From a virus, in the IMG/VR virus record IMGVR_UViG_3300032050_009888, positions 12,428 through 76,427 of that record: 64,000 bases of DNA; one strand, written 5' to 3'. A program made the translations under genes and the position numbers. The notes under the pieces were generated by a model. The model searched no databases. It saw nothing but the letters and a program-made list of their open reading frames with translations, and was not told the DNA's origin. Shown in pieces: positions 50,853 through 60,210 of this stretch (its first letter is position 1; the number at the start of each line of letters is the position of its first letter).

Positions 50853-51520
50853 TTTTATATTTATAATAAACAATAAGTTATGATGACATCACCAAACCTT
50901 AATTTTTTAGCTCAAATCGAAGAATACCCAGAAATGACTCCAATATTGGAGAACAAATATCAGGGTTTTATTAAAAAAGAAGGAATTTATGAACCATGGG
51001 GTAAAGATATTGTAGAAAAATACCTTCCACATAAGTCTTTAAAATATCTTATAGAAAATAATCTTATAACTCAAGATAAAAATGGGGATTGGATTTTAGT
51101 TGAATATGGCGCTGGGGTTTCTAATTCTCCTGATTGGTTACATTGGTTAGAAACTGGATATAAAAGAAATTGGAGTGTATATAAATGGAAACAAGGCACA
51201 GATATAGATGAAAAATTTACTTTTTATTCAATGGAAACAAAAGATGGATGGAACAGAACATATCTATCAGTTAAATTAAATAATCATCTTTATTCTAAAA
51301 TTACTAATCCAAATGGTTTTTGGGTAGAAACAGTTGAAAGAACAGATATATGTGATGGATCAGGAAAAGAACAATTATATTATAAAGATAATTTTGGAAG
51401 TATTCAAGGTAAAATGCCTGTAAAAATAGAGAAAAAAATTCAAGAATTAAAAAATAAAAATATAGAATTTGGATATTACAAATTTTAATTTTATATTTAT
51501 AATAAACAATAAGTTATGAT
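50853..51520 (+). repeat. 32-nt direct repeat flanking the 50880 ORF
   Basis: TTTTATATTTATAATAAACAATAAGTTATGAT at 50853-50884 and 51489-51520. Confidence 0.9.
50880..51488 (+). CDS. Hypothetical protein (probable inserted cassette)
   Basis: Own promoter; bounded by the duplicated promoter/start sequence. Confidence 0.6.
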   Translation: MMTSPNLNFLAQIEEYPEMTPILENKYQGFIKKEGIYEPWGKDIVEKYLPHKSLKYLIENNLITQDKNGDWILVEYGAGVSNSPDWLHWLETGYKRNWSVYKWKQGTDIDEKFTFYSMETKDGWNRTYLSVKLNNHLYSKITNPNGFWVETVERTDICDGSGKEQLYYKDNFGSIQGKMPVKIEKKIQELKNKNIEFGYYKF

Positions 51521-52310
51521 AAAAACATCTCATGAATTACCTTTATGTCTTTTAAATAAAAGTTATGATTGGAATGATTATGAATTTTGTTTACCAACAT
51601 ATTGGTTCAAATCTGAAGAATATAAACAGCATTATTTAAATGTTAAAAAAGAAGGACGATTCATTATCGCTGATAATGGTTTGTTTGAAGGAGATTCATT
51701 TACTCAACAACAATTAATTGAATTTGTTAATGAATTACAACCTGATATATTTGTAATTCCTGATGTTTGGAATGATGCGTTTCAAAGCTATCGTAATGCT
51801 AAGTATTGGCAAAACGTAGTTAAGGCATCATTACCAGAAAGTACTAAGTTAATGGCTGTTATTCAATGTACTGATTATGAAATTGGTTCTTCATTATATC
51901 AAGAATACATTGATTTAGGAATTAGATGTATAGCATTTAATCATAGTTCAACAGCATATCAACAATTTTTCCCTCATAAGAATTTATCAGTATCTAAAAT
52001 GATGGGAAGAATTTATTTTATAAATCAATTATTAAAAACTAATGTTATTGATTCTAGTGTCCATCATCATTTATTAGGTTGTGCTATACCTGATGAATTT
52101 AAATATTATGGACCAGGATATGAATTTATTAAAACATTAGATACAAGTAATCCAGTTGTGTGGGGATGTAAAGGAGTATCTTATGATGATATTATTACAT
52201 CAATAGAAAAACCTGTAGAAAAAATAGAAGAGTTTTTTAATGAAAGTTTGGACTCCAATATTGAAGAAATTATATTTAATAATATTAAAACATTTAAAAG
52301 TTATCTATGA
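51516..52310 (+). CDS. dpdA: TGT-fold transglycosylase, DpdA-like
   Basis: IADNGLFE, IPDVW, HHLLG and DTSNP TIM-barrel motifs; directly upstream of queC. Confidence 0.7.
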   Translation: MIKTSHELPLCLLNKSYDWNDYEFCLPTYWFKSEEYKQHYLNVKKEGRFIIADNGLFEGDSFTQQQLIEFVNELQPDIFVIPDVWNDAFQSYRNAKYWQNVVKASLPESTKLMAVIQCTDYEIGSSLYQEYIDLGIRCIAFNHSSTAYQQFFPHKNLSVSKMMGRIYFINQLLKTNVIDSSVHHHLLGCAIPDEFKYYGPGYEFIKTLDTSNPVVWGCKGVSYDDIITSIEKPVEKIEEFFNESLDSNIEEIIFNNIKTFKSYL

Positions 52311-53125
52311 AACAAGCAGTACTAAGCCTATCAGGCGGAATGGATAGTAGTACTTTATTACTTCATTTATTAGCTAATGGATATGAGGTAACAGCTTTAT
52401 CTTTTGATTATGGTCAAAAACATAAAGTAGAACTTATACGAGCTAAAGAATTAGTAGAGTATTTAAATAATGAAGGACATAATATAAAACATCAAGTTAT
52501 TAAAATTGATGGTTTGAGTAAATTACTTAATTCTACATTAGTAGAAGGCGGAGCAGATGTTCCTGAAGGCCATTATGCTGAGGAAAATATGAAAGATACA
52601 GTTGTACCTAATCGTAATAAAATATTTTCAAGTATTATACAAGCAGCTGCTTTATCAATAGCAGATAAAAATAATACTGATTGTTTTATTGCAATGGGTA
52701 TTCATGCTGGTGACCATGCTATTTATCCTGATTGTAGACAAGAATTTAGAGACGCAGATATGGAAGCGTTTAAAATTGGTAATTGGGGTTCTGAAAAAGT
52801 AAAATTCTATACTCCATATCTTGATACTGATAAATTTGGTATTTTACAGGATGGAGAAGAATGCTGTAAACAGTTAGATTTAAACTTTAATGAAGTATAT
52901 AAACGTACAAATACAAGTTATAAACCTATTTTTAAGAAACATTCATGGTCAGTTAATGGAGGTGAATGGTTCTCAGATTATAAATCAGCTTCATCTGTAG
53001 AACGTATTGAAGCATTTATTAAGTTAGGTCGTCCTGATCCTGTAAAATATGCTGATGAAACAGGTCAAGTATCTTGGGAAACAGCAAAAAATCATGTTGA
53101 ACAAATAATTTTAAATCATAAATAA
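52307..53125 (+). CDS. queC: 7-cyano-7-deazaguanine synthase
   Basis: SLSGGMDSST, FDYGQKH, VVPNRN, YPDCR. Confidence 0.95.
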   Translation: MKQAVLSLSGGMDSSTLLLHLLANGYEVTALSFDYGQKHKVELIRAKELVEYLNNEGHNIKHQVIKIDGLSKLLNSTLVEGGADVPEGHYAEENMKDTVVPNRNKIFSSIIQAAALSIADKNNTDCFIAMGIHAGDHAIYPDCRQEFRDADMEAFKIGNWGSEKVKFYTPYLDTDKFGILQDGEECCKQLDLNFNEVYKRTNTSYKPIFKKHSWSVNGGEWFSDYKSASSVERIEAFIKLGRPDPVKYADETGQVSWETAKNHVEQIILNHK

Positions 53126-53127
53126 AA

Positions 53128-53379
53128 ATGAAACAAGTACTTTATTTCTCTGCTAAGTGGTGTACAGCATGTCAAGCGACCACTCCAATTGTTGAACAAA
53201 TTAAAAAATCTAATCAAGCTCAAGTAGCAATGATTGATGTAGATTATGATGTATCATTAGTTGAACAATATAATGTTAAAAGTGTACCTACAACTATTAT
53301 TTTAGAAAATAATAACGAAATTAAAAGGTATGTAGGATCTATTAATGCTAACCAATTAAATAATTTGATTAATGGGTAA
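53128..53379 (+). CDS. Thioredoxin-like protein
   Basis: FSAKWCTAC and VKSVPT. Confidence 0.88.
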   Translation: MKQVLYFSAKWCTACQATTPIVEQIKKSNQAQVAMIDVDYDVSLVEQYNVKSVPTTIILENNNEIKRYVGSINANQLNNLING

Positions 53380-53836
53380 GTATCAATCAACAAAGCTATT
53401 TGATGGTTACTCAGCTTGTTTCCGTCAATGGAGAGCTGATGGAACACATTGTAGATTCCTTCATGGTTACGCTATATCATTTAGAGTATGGTTTGAAGGT
53501 GATTTAGATCATCGTCATTGGGTATTTGATTTTGGTGGTATGAAAAGAGCTAAAGCTAATATTGGAGGAATGTCTCCAAAAGATTATTTTGCATGGCTAT
53601 TAGATCATACAACAATAGTAGCCGATGATGATCCAAGCTTAGATATATTTAGAATGCTAGACGCAGATGGTCTTATACAGTTAAGGATTTTACCTGCTGT
53701 TGGATGTGAGCGTTTTGCAGAATTTTTATATGAAAAAATAAATACATTTCTTAAAGAAGAAACAAACGGCCGAGTTAGAGCCATAAAAGTAGAAGTATAT
53801 GAACACGAAAGAAACAGCGCAAGTTATGGGGAGTAA
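53372..53836 (+). CDS. queD: 6-carboxy-tetrahydropterin synthase
   Basis: HCRFLHGY, DFGGMK, LDHT, E...N.A.Y. Confidence 0.9.
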   Translation: MGKYQSTKLFDGYSACFRQWRADGTHCRFLHGYAISFRVWFEGDLDHRHWVFDFGGMKRAKANIGGMSPKDYFAWLLDHTTIVADDDPSLDIFRMLDADGLIQLRILPAVGCERFAEFLYEKINTFLKEETNGRVRAIKVEVYEHERNSASYGE

Positions 53837-54077
53837 TTGGACAAGTAATTCAACAGACAATATAGACATAATGATGTCTGTATATGATTATTTAGGCAAA
53901 CCAGCAGGTAGAAAATTAGGAAAAGAAGTATATGAGGCTTCTAAGACAGAAAAAATTCCTACAGCTTCAAAGCAAGTATCTAATCCTAAATATGAAGGAA
54001 AAATAATTATGTATCCTAAAAGTTTCCTAGACAAATATTTTAAAAAAGAAGATAACAATAATAAACTACCATTCTAA
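53826..54077 (+). CDS. Hypothetical protein in the que cluster (start uncertain)
   Basis: YDYLGKPAG...MYPKSFL; fills the gap between queD and queE. Confidence 0.55.
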   Translation: MGSNWTSNSTDNIDIMMSVYDYLGKPAGRKLGKEVYEASKTEKIPTASKQVSNPKYEGKIIMYPKSFLDKYFKKEDNNNKLPF

Positions 54078-54922
54078 TGAGTGTAATTGATCCAAATAAA
54101 CTATTAATTAGTTCAGACTTTTATTCAGTACAAGGTGAAGGTAAAAGTTCAGGTGTACCATCTTATTTTGTAAGATTAGGTATTTGTAATTTAACTTGTG
54201 GTATGTCAAGAGCATTCACTAATAACTTACTTAAAGAAAAATCACTAGAAGATGGAGAAATATTTGAAGGTGATTTACATAAGGAAGGTAAAGCAACTTG
54301 GACCTGTGATTCTACTTCTCAATGGCTATGGAGAGGTGAAGATAAAGAATTTCAATATTTAATTGATAGGTGGAAAGAACAAGATGTATATGATGATATC
54401 AAAAATGGTACTATTCATATTATTTGGACTGGTGGTGAACCCACAATTAAAGGACATCAGGAAGCTATTTGTAATTTTACTAATTATTGGAATCAATATG
54501 ATTTCCAAAATGAACGAACAGGAATACAAGCATATTATGAGATAGAAACTAATGGTACAGTTTATATTGAAGATACTTTATTTAAAGATCTTGATCAGAT
54601 CAACTGCTCACCTAAACTAGCCAACTCAGGTATGACTGAAAAACAACGTATTAATCCTGAAGCTATTAAACGTATAATGGAACACTCAAATTATCAGTTT
54701 AAATTTGTTATATCAACTGAAGATGATGTTAAGGAATTATTTCGTGACTTTGTAAAGCCATTTAATATACCACTTAAAAATGTGGTTTGTATGCCTGGAT
54801 TAGATGATGTAGCTGATTTTGAAGAGCGTACTCAATTCTGTCTTGAAATGGCTAAAAAATATCGCTTTACAGGATTAACACGTTTGCATATTGCAGCTTG
54901 GAATAAAACTTTAAATGTATAA
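54077..54922 (+). CDS. queE: 7-carboxy-7-deazaguanine synthase (radical SAM)
   Basis: FYSVQGEG, CNLTC...WTCD (long insert in the cysteine motif), TGGEP, ETNGT, SPKL. Confidence 0.92.
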   Translation: MSVIDPNKLLISSDFYSVQGEGKSSGVPSYFVRLGICNLTCGMSRAFTNNLLKEKSLEDGEIFEGDLHKEGKATWTCDSTSQWLWRGEDKEFQYLIDRWKEQDVYDDIKNGTIHIIWTGGEPTIKGHQEAICNFTNYWNQYDFQNERTGIQAYYEIETNGTVYIEDTLFKDLDQINCSPKLANSGMTEKQRINPEAIKRIMEHSNYQFKFVISTEDDVKELFRDFVKPFNIPLKNVVCMPGLDDVADFEERTQFCLEMAKKYRFTGLTRLHIAAWNKTLNV

Positions 54923-54971
54923 AGTTTGGCCTCCATTTTACCTTATAATATATTAATTGAAAAATAAAAAT

Positions 54972-55607
54972 ATGGACTTATTAAATAAAGCAAATGAGAA
55001 TGCTCCTCGTTCACCTAAGGAGATTGAAAAAATGATTGATAAAGCTACCAAACATTATGGTGAGTTTTTAAAAGCAGTAGGTTTTGATTACGAAAAAGAT
55101 CCACAAACAGTTGATACACCTCGTCGTGTAGCTAAAGCATGGATGAAGGATCTTGTATTAGGATCAGTAACTAATGAACCTAATATTACAGTGTTTCCAA
55201 ATGAGGAAAATTATAATGGTATTGTTATTCAAACAGGAATACCAGTAGTATCACTTTGTGCTCACCATAACTTACCATTTGTAGGTTTTGCAACTGTAGC
55301 TTATGTGCCTAGTAATTATGTAATTGGTTTAAGTAAATTAAATCGTATTGTAGATTGGTTTGCTCGTAGACCTCAAATGCAAGAATCACTAACACAACAA
55401 ATTCATGATTTTATAGCTAAGAAAATGGAATGTGGTTCTGTAGCAGTAAGTATAGCTAGTAAACATATGTGTTGTTCAAATCGTGGTATTAAACACCCTA
55501 CATCTACTATGTGTACCAATAAATTTAGTGGTGTGTTTATGGAAAAAGATAATTTGATTCGTGAAGAATTTTTACAATCCATTTCTAAAAATGGTCCTAT
55601 GTTCTAA
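54972..55607 (+). CDS. folE: GTP cyclohydrolase I
   Basis: TPRRVAK, SLCAHHNLPF, GLSKLNR, QESLT, HMCCSNRG. The ATG at 54972 is preferred over the TTG at 54957, which abuts the promoter. Confidence 0.95.
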   Translation: MDLLNKANENAPRSPKEIEKMIDKATKHYGEFLKAVGFDYEKDPQTVDTPRRVAKAWMKDLVLGSVTNEPNITVFPNEENYNGIVIQTGIPVVSLCAHHNLPFVGFATVAYVPSNYVIGLSKLNRIVDWFARRPQMQESLTQQIHDFIAKKMECGSVAVSIASKHMCCSNRGIKHPTSTMCTNKFSGVFMEKDNLIREEFLQSISKNGPMF

Positions 55608-55613
55608 ATAAAA

Positions 55614-55638
55614 AGCCGCAATCTAATTGCGGCTCTTT
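55614..55638 (+). terminator. Probable intrinsic terminator after folE
   Basis: AGCCGCAAT/ATTGCGGCT stem with a short T tract. Confidence 0.65.
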
Positions 55639-55680
55639 ATATTTTAGTAATATTTATTATCGTCAAACAAAAATATTACG

Positions 55681-56361
55681 ATGATAAATACTACAAAAAT
55701 ATATCTTATAACAAACTGTTATAATGATATTAATAAAGTTTATATAGGTAAAACTAAAAATTCTCGTGAAGCAGATCATAAGCGAATATATGGTTCTCAA
55801 ATAGTTTATACTTATATTGATGAAGTAAATTCTTTAGATTATAAAGATTGGGAACCATTAGAAACATATTGGATAGAACAATTTAGACAGTGGGGATTTA
55901 TAGTTTTGAATGAAAATAAAGGAGGAGGAGGTCCTGTAACTCATTCTGAAATAGTAAAAGATAAAATGAAAGGTCCTAAACCTTATTTACATAAATCTGT
56001 TATACAATATAGTTTAAAAGGAGATTTTATTAGAGAATGGTCAAGTATTACTGAGGCTGCTTTATTTCTTAATAAAAAGTTAGGAGCGTCAATAGTAGAA
56101 AATTGCTCTAAAAAAAGAAAGTCAGCTTATGGATTTATATGGAGATATAAAGAAGATTTATTAGAAGAAAATTTTATATATCAAAAAGATAGATATACTA
56201 AACCTATTAATCAGTATGATTTACAAATGAATTTTATTAAAGAGTGGCCAAGTCTTACAGAAGCTAAAAAATATATAAAAGGAGATATCCAAGCATGTTG
56301 TAGTGGAAAACAAAAAACAGCTGGAAATTATATTTGGAGATTTAAAATAAGTTATGAATAA
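55681..56361 (+). mobile_element. Free-standing GIY-YIG homing endonuclease with two NUMOD1-like repeats
   Basis: KIYLI...VYIGKT; E...I...N.GGG; QY...FI(R/K)EW.S.TEA...(S/T)A...IWR twice. Confidence 0.82.
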
Positions 56362-57688
56362 TATAGATAAACAATACCAAACTCTACTCCAAACTATACT
56401 TGACTATGGAGTAGAAAAGAAAGATAGAACAGGAACTGGTACTAAATCAATCTTTGGTTATACTATCAGACATAAAATGTCAGACGGGTTTCCTTTATTG
56501 ACTACTAAGAAGGTGGCCTGGAAGACAATGGTGACAGAATTACTATGGTTTTTAAAAGGTGATACCAATATCAAATACCTTGTTGATAATAACTGTCACA
56601 TATGGGATGGTGATGCTTATAAGAATTACTTACATAAAGTTATACGTGACAAGGACATTGTAAGATATTTAAAATCATATTCGATAGACACAAAAGGAGT
56701 ACCTACCATTGAACCATATTCAAAAGATGAGTTTATTGAGCGAATCAAAAATGATAATGTGTTTGCTAAGAAGTGGGGTGAATTAGGACCAATATATGGT
56801 AAGCAATGGAGAAGTTGGAAGCAATTCATACCATATGATGTGACAGAAGAAAATTGTAAAGTTGCAGTTAAAGTAACAGACCAAATCGCAAACCTAATCA
56901 ACGACCTTAAAACAAACCCAGACTCAAGACGATTAATGGTTTCAGCTTGGAATGTAGGTGAATTAGACCAAATGGTGCTTCCACCTTGTCACTATGGATT
57001 TCAGGTTTATACAAGAGAGTTGAATCATAAAGAACGATTTGAATATTATATAAGAAATTCAAATACAGGGTTATCAGAAATTAATTTCACCCCACCACAA
57101 TTAGATGAATTAAACATACCAACCAGAGCAATCTCTCTAATGTGGAATCAACGCTCAGTAGATGCATTCTTAGGTTTACCATTCAACATTGCTTCTTATG
57201 GTTTACTACTTGAAATCATTGCTAAAGCAGTTAATATGGTTCCTGACCAGCTTATAGGAAACTTAGGTGATGTACACTTATATAGTAACCATGTTGAACA
57301 AGCAAAAGAACAGATTGGTAGAGAATTAAGTTTAGAGGAACGACTTAATATGGTTTCTGAGGAAATACAAAAAGAATTTAGTAGTGGTAGAGTTAATTTA
57401 CCTAATTTTCCAAACACACCAGTTTGGAGTAATGAGGGTAAAATGTCACTATTAGATGATTTTGGTGTACCTCGCAGAACAAGAGAACCATTTACACTAC
57501 CAACATTAAACATCAACACAGAGTTTTGGCCTTACGAAGGTGGTGAGTGTGGTGTAGGTCCTTTAGACGCTATTAAAGTTTTTGAAGCGTTTAAAAATGA
57601 TAACTTCTGTAAGTGTTTATTAGAAGAAGATATTCAGTTAGGTAACTATCAATCACACCCAACAATTAAAGCACCTTTATCGAATTAA
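56354..57688 (+). CDS. thyA: Thymidylate synthase with large insertions
   Basis: DRTGTGT, FPLLTTKK, ELLWF, YGKQWR, LPPCH, QRSVDAFLGLPFN, GDVHLY. Confidence 0.96.
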   Translation: MNNIDKQYQTLLQTILDYGVEKKDRTGTGTKSIFGYTIRHKMSDGFPLLTTKKVAWKTMVTELLWFLKGDTNIKYLVDNNCHIWDGDAYKNYLHKVIRDKDIVRYLKSYSIDTKGVPTIEPYSKDEFIERIKNDNVFAKKWGELGPIYGKQWRSWKQFIPYDVTEENCKVAVKVTDQIANLINDLKTNPDSRRLMVSAWNVGELDQMVLPPCHYGFQVYTRELNHKERFEYYIRNSNTGLSEINFTPPQLDELNIPTRAISLMWNQRSVDAFLGLPFNIASYGLLLEIIAKAVNMVPDQLIGNLGDVHLYSNHVEQAKEQIGRELSLEERLNMVSEEIQKEFSSGRVNLPNFPNTPVWSNEGKMSLLDDFGVPRRTREPFTLPTLNINTEFWPYEGGECGVGPLDAIKVFEAFKNDNFCKCLLEEDIQLGNYQSHPTIKAPLSN

Positions 57689-57700
57689 AAAACAAAAATT

Positions 57701-57916
57701 ATGAATAACTTCGATAAAAAATACGATTTGAAAGATAAAGAATTTATCAAACCTTTACCGTCGACATACTCAATTCCAATTTACGAAAATGGAGTAAAAA
57801 CTGAATGGAGTGTTGATGGTGCTATAGGAGATGAAAAATATTTTCAATTGATTAAAATGACACCTGAAAATAAATTACCTGAATTAATTAATGTTAATGT
57901 GAAAAAAGATGAATAG
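57701..57916 (+). CDS. Hypothetical protein whose first residues resemble the thyA start
   Basis: MNNFDKKY versus ThyA MNNIDKQY. Confidence 0.45.
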   Translation: MNNFDKKYDLKDKEFIKPLPSTYSIPIYENGVKTEWSVDGAIGDEKYFQLIKMTPENKLPELINVNVKKDE

Positions 57917-57989
57917 AATTGAAGAAGGTGACTTTAGATTAATGAATTATCAATCACACCCAACAATTAAAGCTCCATTAAGTAACTAA
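57909..57989 (+). pseudogene. Relic second thyA C-terminus
   Basis: Translates MNRIEEGDFRLMNYQSHPTIKAPLSN*; 57948-57973 is identical to 57647-57672 over 26 nt. Confidence 0.8.
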
Positions 57990-57991
57990 TT

Positions 57992-58393
57992 GTGAAAAAG
58001 AAAAAACCTGATATTGTTGTTTGGGATGAAGAAAAGGGATATTATGCTAAAGAATTATCATACCCATCAGATCTAGGTGCCCCGGTAATAAAAGTTGAAG
58101 ATGTAAAGGGATGGAGAGCGAGAGAAGTTACAAATGTTAATCATCAGTTTGAAAGTAAATACAATGAATTAAAAGATGAATTTCAAAAACTTCTTAAAGA
58201 TTATGATCTTAACCAATATATATATTCTAAAGCAGAATATAGTTTTATACCTATAGTTGGTAAAACATATTTTTTATATCAAAAAGAAGATGATTCATGT
58301 TTTCTTTCTTTAATTGAACCGGAATGTTGGAATAAAAAGTTCATTTTCGCTGTAAAATTAGATTCAAATAATAAGTGGAATAAATTAGAATAA
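57992..58393 (+). CDS. Hypothetical protein (DUF2452-like)
   Basis: YPSDLGAP...A.YSF.P.VGK.Y.LY...FLSLI.P..W pattern; family recalled from memory. Confidence 0.55.
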   Translation: MKKKKPDIVVWDEEKGYYAKELSYPSDLGAPVIKVEDVKGWRAREVTNVNHQFESKYNELKDEFQKLLKDYDLNQYIYSKAEYSFIPIVGKTYFLYQKEDDSCFLSLIEPECWNKKFIFAVKLDSNNKWNKLE

Positions 58394-58404
58394 TATTTAT
58401 AATT

Positions 58405-58692
58405 ATGAAAAAGATATTATATTTATTACTTTTATCAATTGTTTTTACATCTTGTACTTACTATGACTATGATTGTTATAGGTTTGAAATAGAAAAGAAA
58501 ACAACATATATTCCTGATGCGTTTGGGTTACCATATCGTCCTCCTGTTTATGCTTATTCTGAGTATGATAAATGTGGTATAACACCATCAGGTGCTAGGT
58601 TAGAAGCGAAAAATAAAGAATTTGAATATAATTATTATTATGGTGGGTATTATATAACAGAAATACAAATTTGTAGATATTATAATTATTAA
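58405..58692 (+). CDS. Tyr-rich lipoprotein
   Basis: MKKILYLLLLSIVFTS|C lipobox. Confidence 0.7.
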   Translation: MKKILYLLLLSIVFTSCTYYDYDCYRFEIEKKTTYIPDAFGLPYRPPVYAYSEYDKCGITPSGARLEAKNKEFEYNYYYGGYYITEIQICRYYNY

Positions 58693-58693
58693 T

Positions 58694-59032
58694 ATGATAT
58701 ATAATTCTAATGATATATTTATAAATAAAGTTATTGATTTTAATATAGGAGATATTTTAGAAGAATATTATAAATCATCATCTTTAAGAAGACACCATCT
58801 CCCAATAAATCTAGTTTCAATAGATAAAATTTATCCACATCAAGAATTATTATCTACAAATAAAATCATAGATATTATCAAAAATGGAATTTTAGAAATT
58901 AAAGATTTTGAAGATATACTTTTAATACATAAAGATAATAAATATTATATTGTAGATGGTCACCATAGAATAGCAGCTCAAATATTAATAAATAAAAAAG
59001 ATATAGAAGCTAAAATATACTCATTAAATTAA
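58694..59032 (+). CDS. ParB/Srx N-terminal-like protein
   Basis: IYPHQ...YYIVDGHHRIAA. Confidence 0.75.
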   Translation: MIYNSNDIFINKVIDFNIGDILEEYYKSSSLRRHHLPINLVSIDKIYPHQELLSTNKIIDIIKNGILEIKDFEDILLIHKDNKYYIVDGHHRIAAQILINKKDIEAKIYSLN

Positions 59033-59045
59033 TATATTTATTAAT

Positions 59046-59198
59046 ATGGTTATAGCACTAGTTATTTTATTTTTATTAGTTTTAGGAATATGTATATTAT
59101 GGGTTAGGGGTATTGATCATATGTACAAGTATCATCGAGATTACAATGGATATGATCTTTTTGACGAAGAAAATACACATAATAATAAAGATAAATGA
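59046..59198 (+). CDS. Small single-TM membrane protein (50 aa; not in the ORF track)
   Basis: MVIALVILFLLVLGICILWVRGIDHM...; late-motif variant upstream; ATGA overlap with the next gene. Confidence 0.65.
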   Translation: MVIALVILFLLVLGICILWVRGIDHMYKYHRDYNGYDLFDEENTHNNKDK

Positions 59199-59470
59199 AA
59201 AATTTGTTACTAGTATTAGTTTTAATAACCTTTTTTGGTTGCCAAACTAACAATCAGGATATAAAGATATACACTGAAAAGATAGATTCATTAGAAAGAA
59301 TTATTAATGATAAAAATTCTGATATTGAATTATTACATCAAGAAATAGAGATGCGTGAAAGCGAAATCAGTTATTTAGGACATATGTTGGATTCTGTTAA
59401 AAATACAGATGGTGATGGACCACCAATGAATTATCCAAATGAAATATATGAAGAATATTATAATAAATAA
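59195..59470 (+). CDS. Coiled-coil lipoprotein, possible spanin component
   Basis: TFFG|C lipobox and heptads; adjacent to the endolysin. Confidence 0.55.
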   Translation: MKNLLLVLVLITFFGCQTNNQDIKIYTEKIDSLERIINDKNSDIELLHQEIEMRESEISYLGHMLDSVKNTDGDGPPMNYPNEIYEEYYNK

Positions 59471-59498
59471 TATTTATAATAAACTAAAATAATTAATT

Positions 59499-60113
59499 AT
59501 GAGCTTAAAAAGTCTACAAACTAAAATTGGAGTTACCGCAGATGGAAATTTTGGTCCTGGAACATTAAAAGCCGCTATAGTTTATTATAAATTCACACCT
59601 GAAAGAGCAGCACATTTTTTCGCTCAAACATCACATGAATCAGGTAATTTTACAACATTCTCAGAAAATTTAAATTATTCAGCGCAAGGTCTTCAAGGCA
59701 TATTTGGAAAATATTTTCCTGGTAATTTAGAAGAATCCTATGCTCGTAACCCAGAAAAAATAGCAAACCGAGTATATGCTGATAGAATGGGCAATGGAAA
59801 TGAAGCATCAGGTGATGGTTGGAAGTATCGTGGTAGAGGTGCGCTACAATTAACAGGTAAAGCAAATTATCAAGTATTTGCTGATTATTTAAAGAAACCA
59901 GAAATAATGACTAGCCCAGATTTAGTATCTACAATATATGCTTTTGAATCAGCTATGTTCTTTTTTGATAAAAATAAACTTTGGAGCATTTGTGATAAGG
60001 GAGTTAATGATACTGTTATATTAGAATTAACAAAGAGGATTAATGGTGGTACTCATGGATTAGAAGATAGAAAAGCAAAAACAGTTAAATATTATTCATA
60101 TGTTAAAGCTTAA
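59499..60113 (+). CDS. Endolysin, GH19 family, with an N-terminal PG-binding motif
   Basis: ADGNFGPGT; FFAQTSHES; ENLNYS; YRGRGALQLTGKANY; INGG. Confidence 0.9.
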   Translation: MSLKSLQTKIGVTADGNFGPGTLKAAIVYYKFTPERAAHFFAQTSHESGNFTTFSENLNYSAQGLQGIFGKYFPGNLEESYARNPEKIANRVYADRMGNGNEASGDGWKYRGRGALQLTGKANYQVFADYLKKPEIMTSPDLVSTIYAFESAMFFFDKNKLWSICDKGVNDTVILELTKRINGGTHGLEDRKAKTVKYYSYVKA

Positions 60114-60210
60114 AGTTTTAATATTATTATTAATATTTAGTAGTTGTTCAACCTCTAAAAAACCAATTCAATCTCCAAGACATTTTGCTAAAAATTTAAT
60201 TAACCAATAA
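60100..60210 (+). CDS. Tiny lipoprotein (36 aa) overlapping the endolysin end (not in the ORF track)
   Basis: MLKLKVLILLLIFSS|CSTSKKPIQSPRHFAKNLINQ*. Confidence 0.55.
   Translation: MLKLKVLILLLIFSSCSTSKKPIQSPRHFAKNLINQ

Noticed and set aside
56354-57688. Intron or intein in thyA (as in T4 td)
   Set aside because: The frame is continuous and the insertions are short, with no intein termini or group I intron features.
20934-59865. Short + strand alternative-frame ORFs (20934, 25323, 54363, 59650)
   Set aside because: Fully nested in well-supported genes, with no recognisable motifs.
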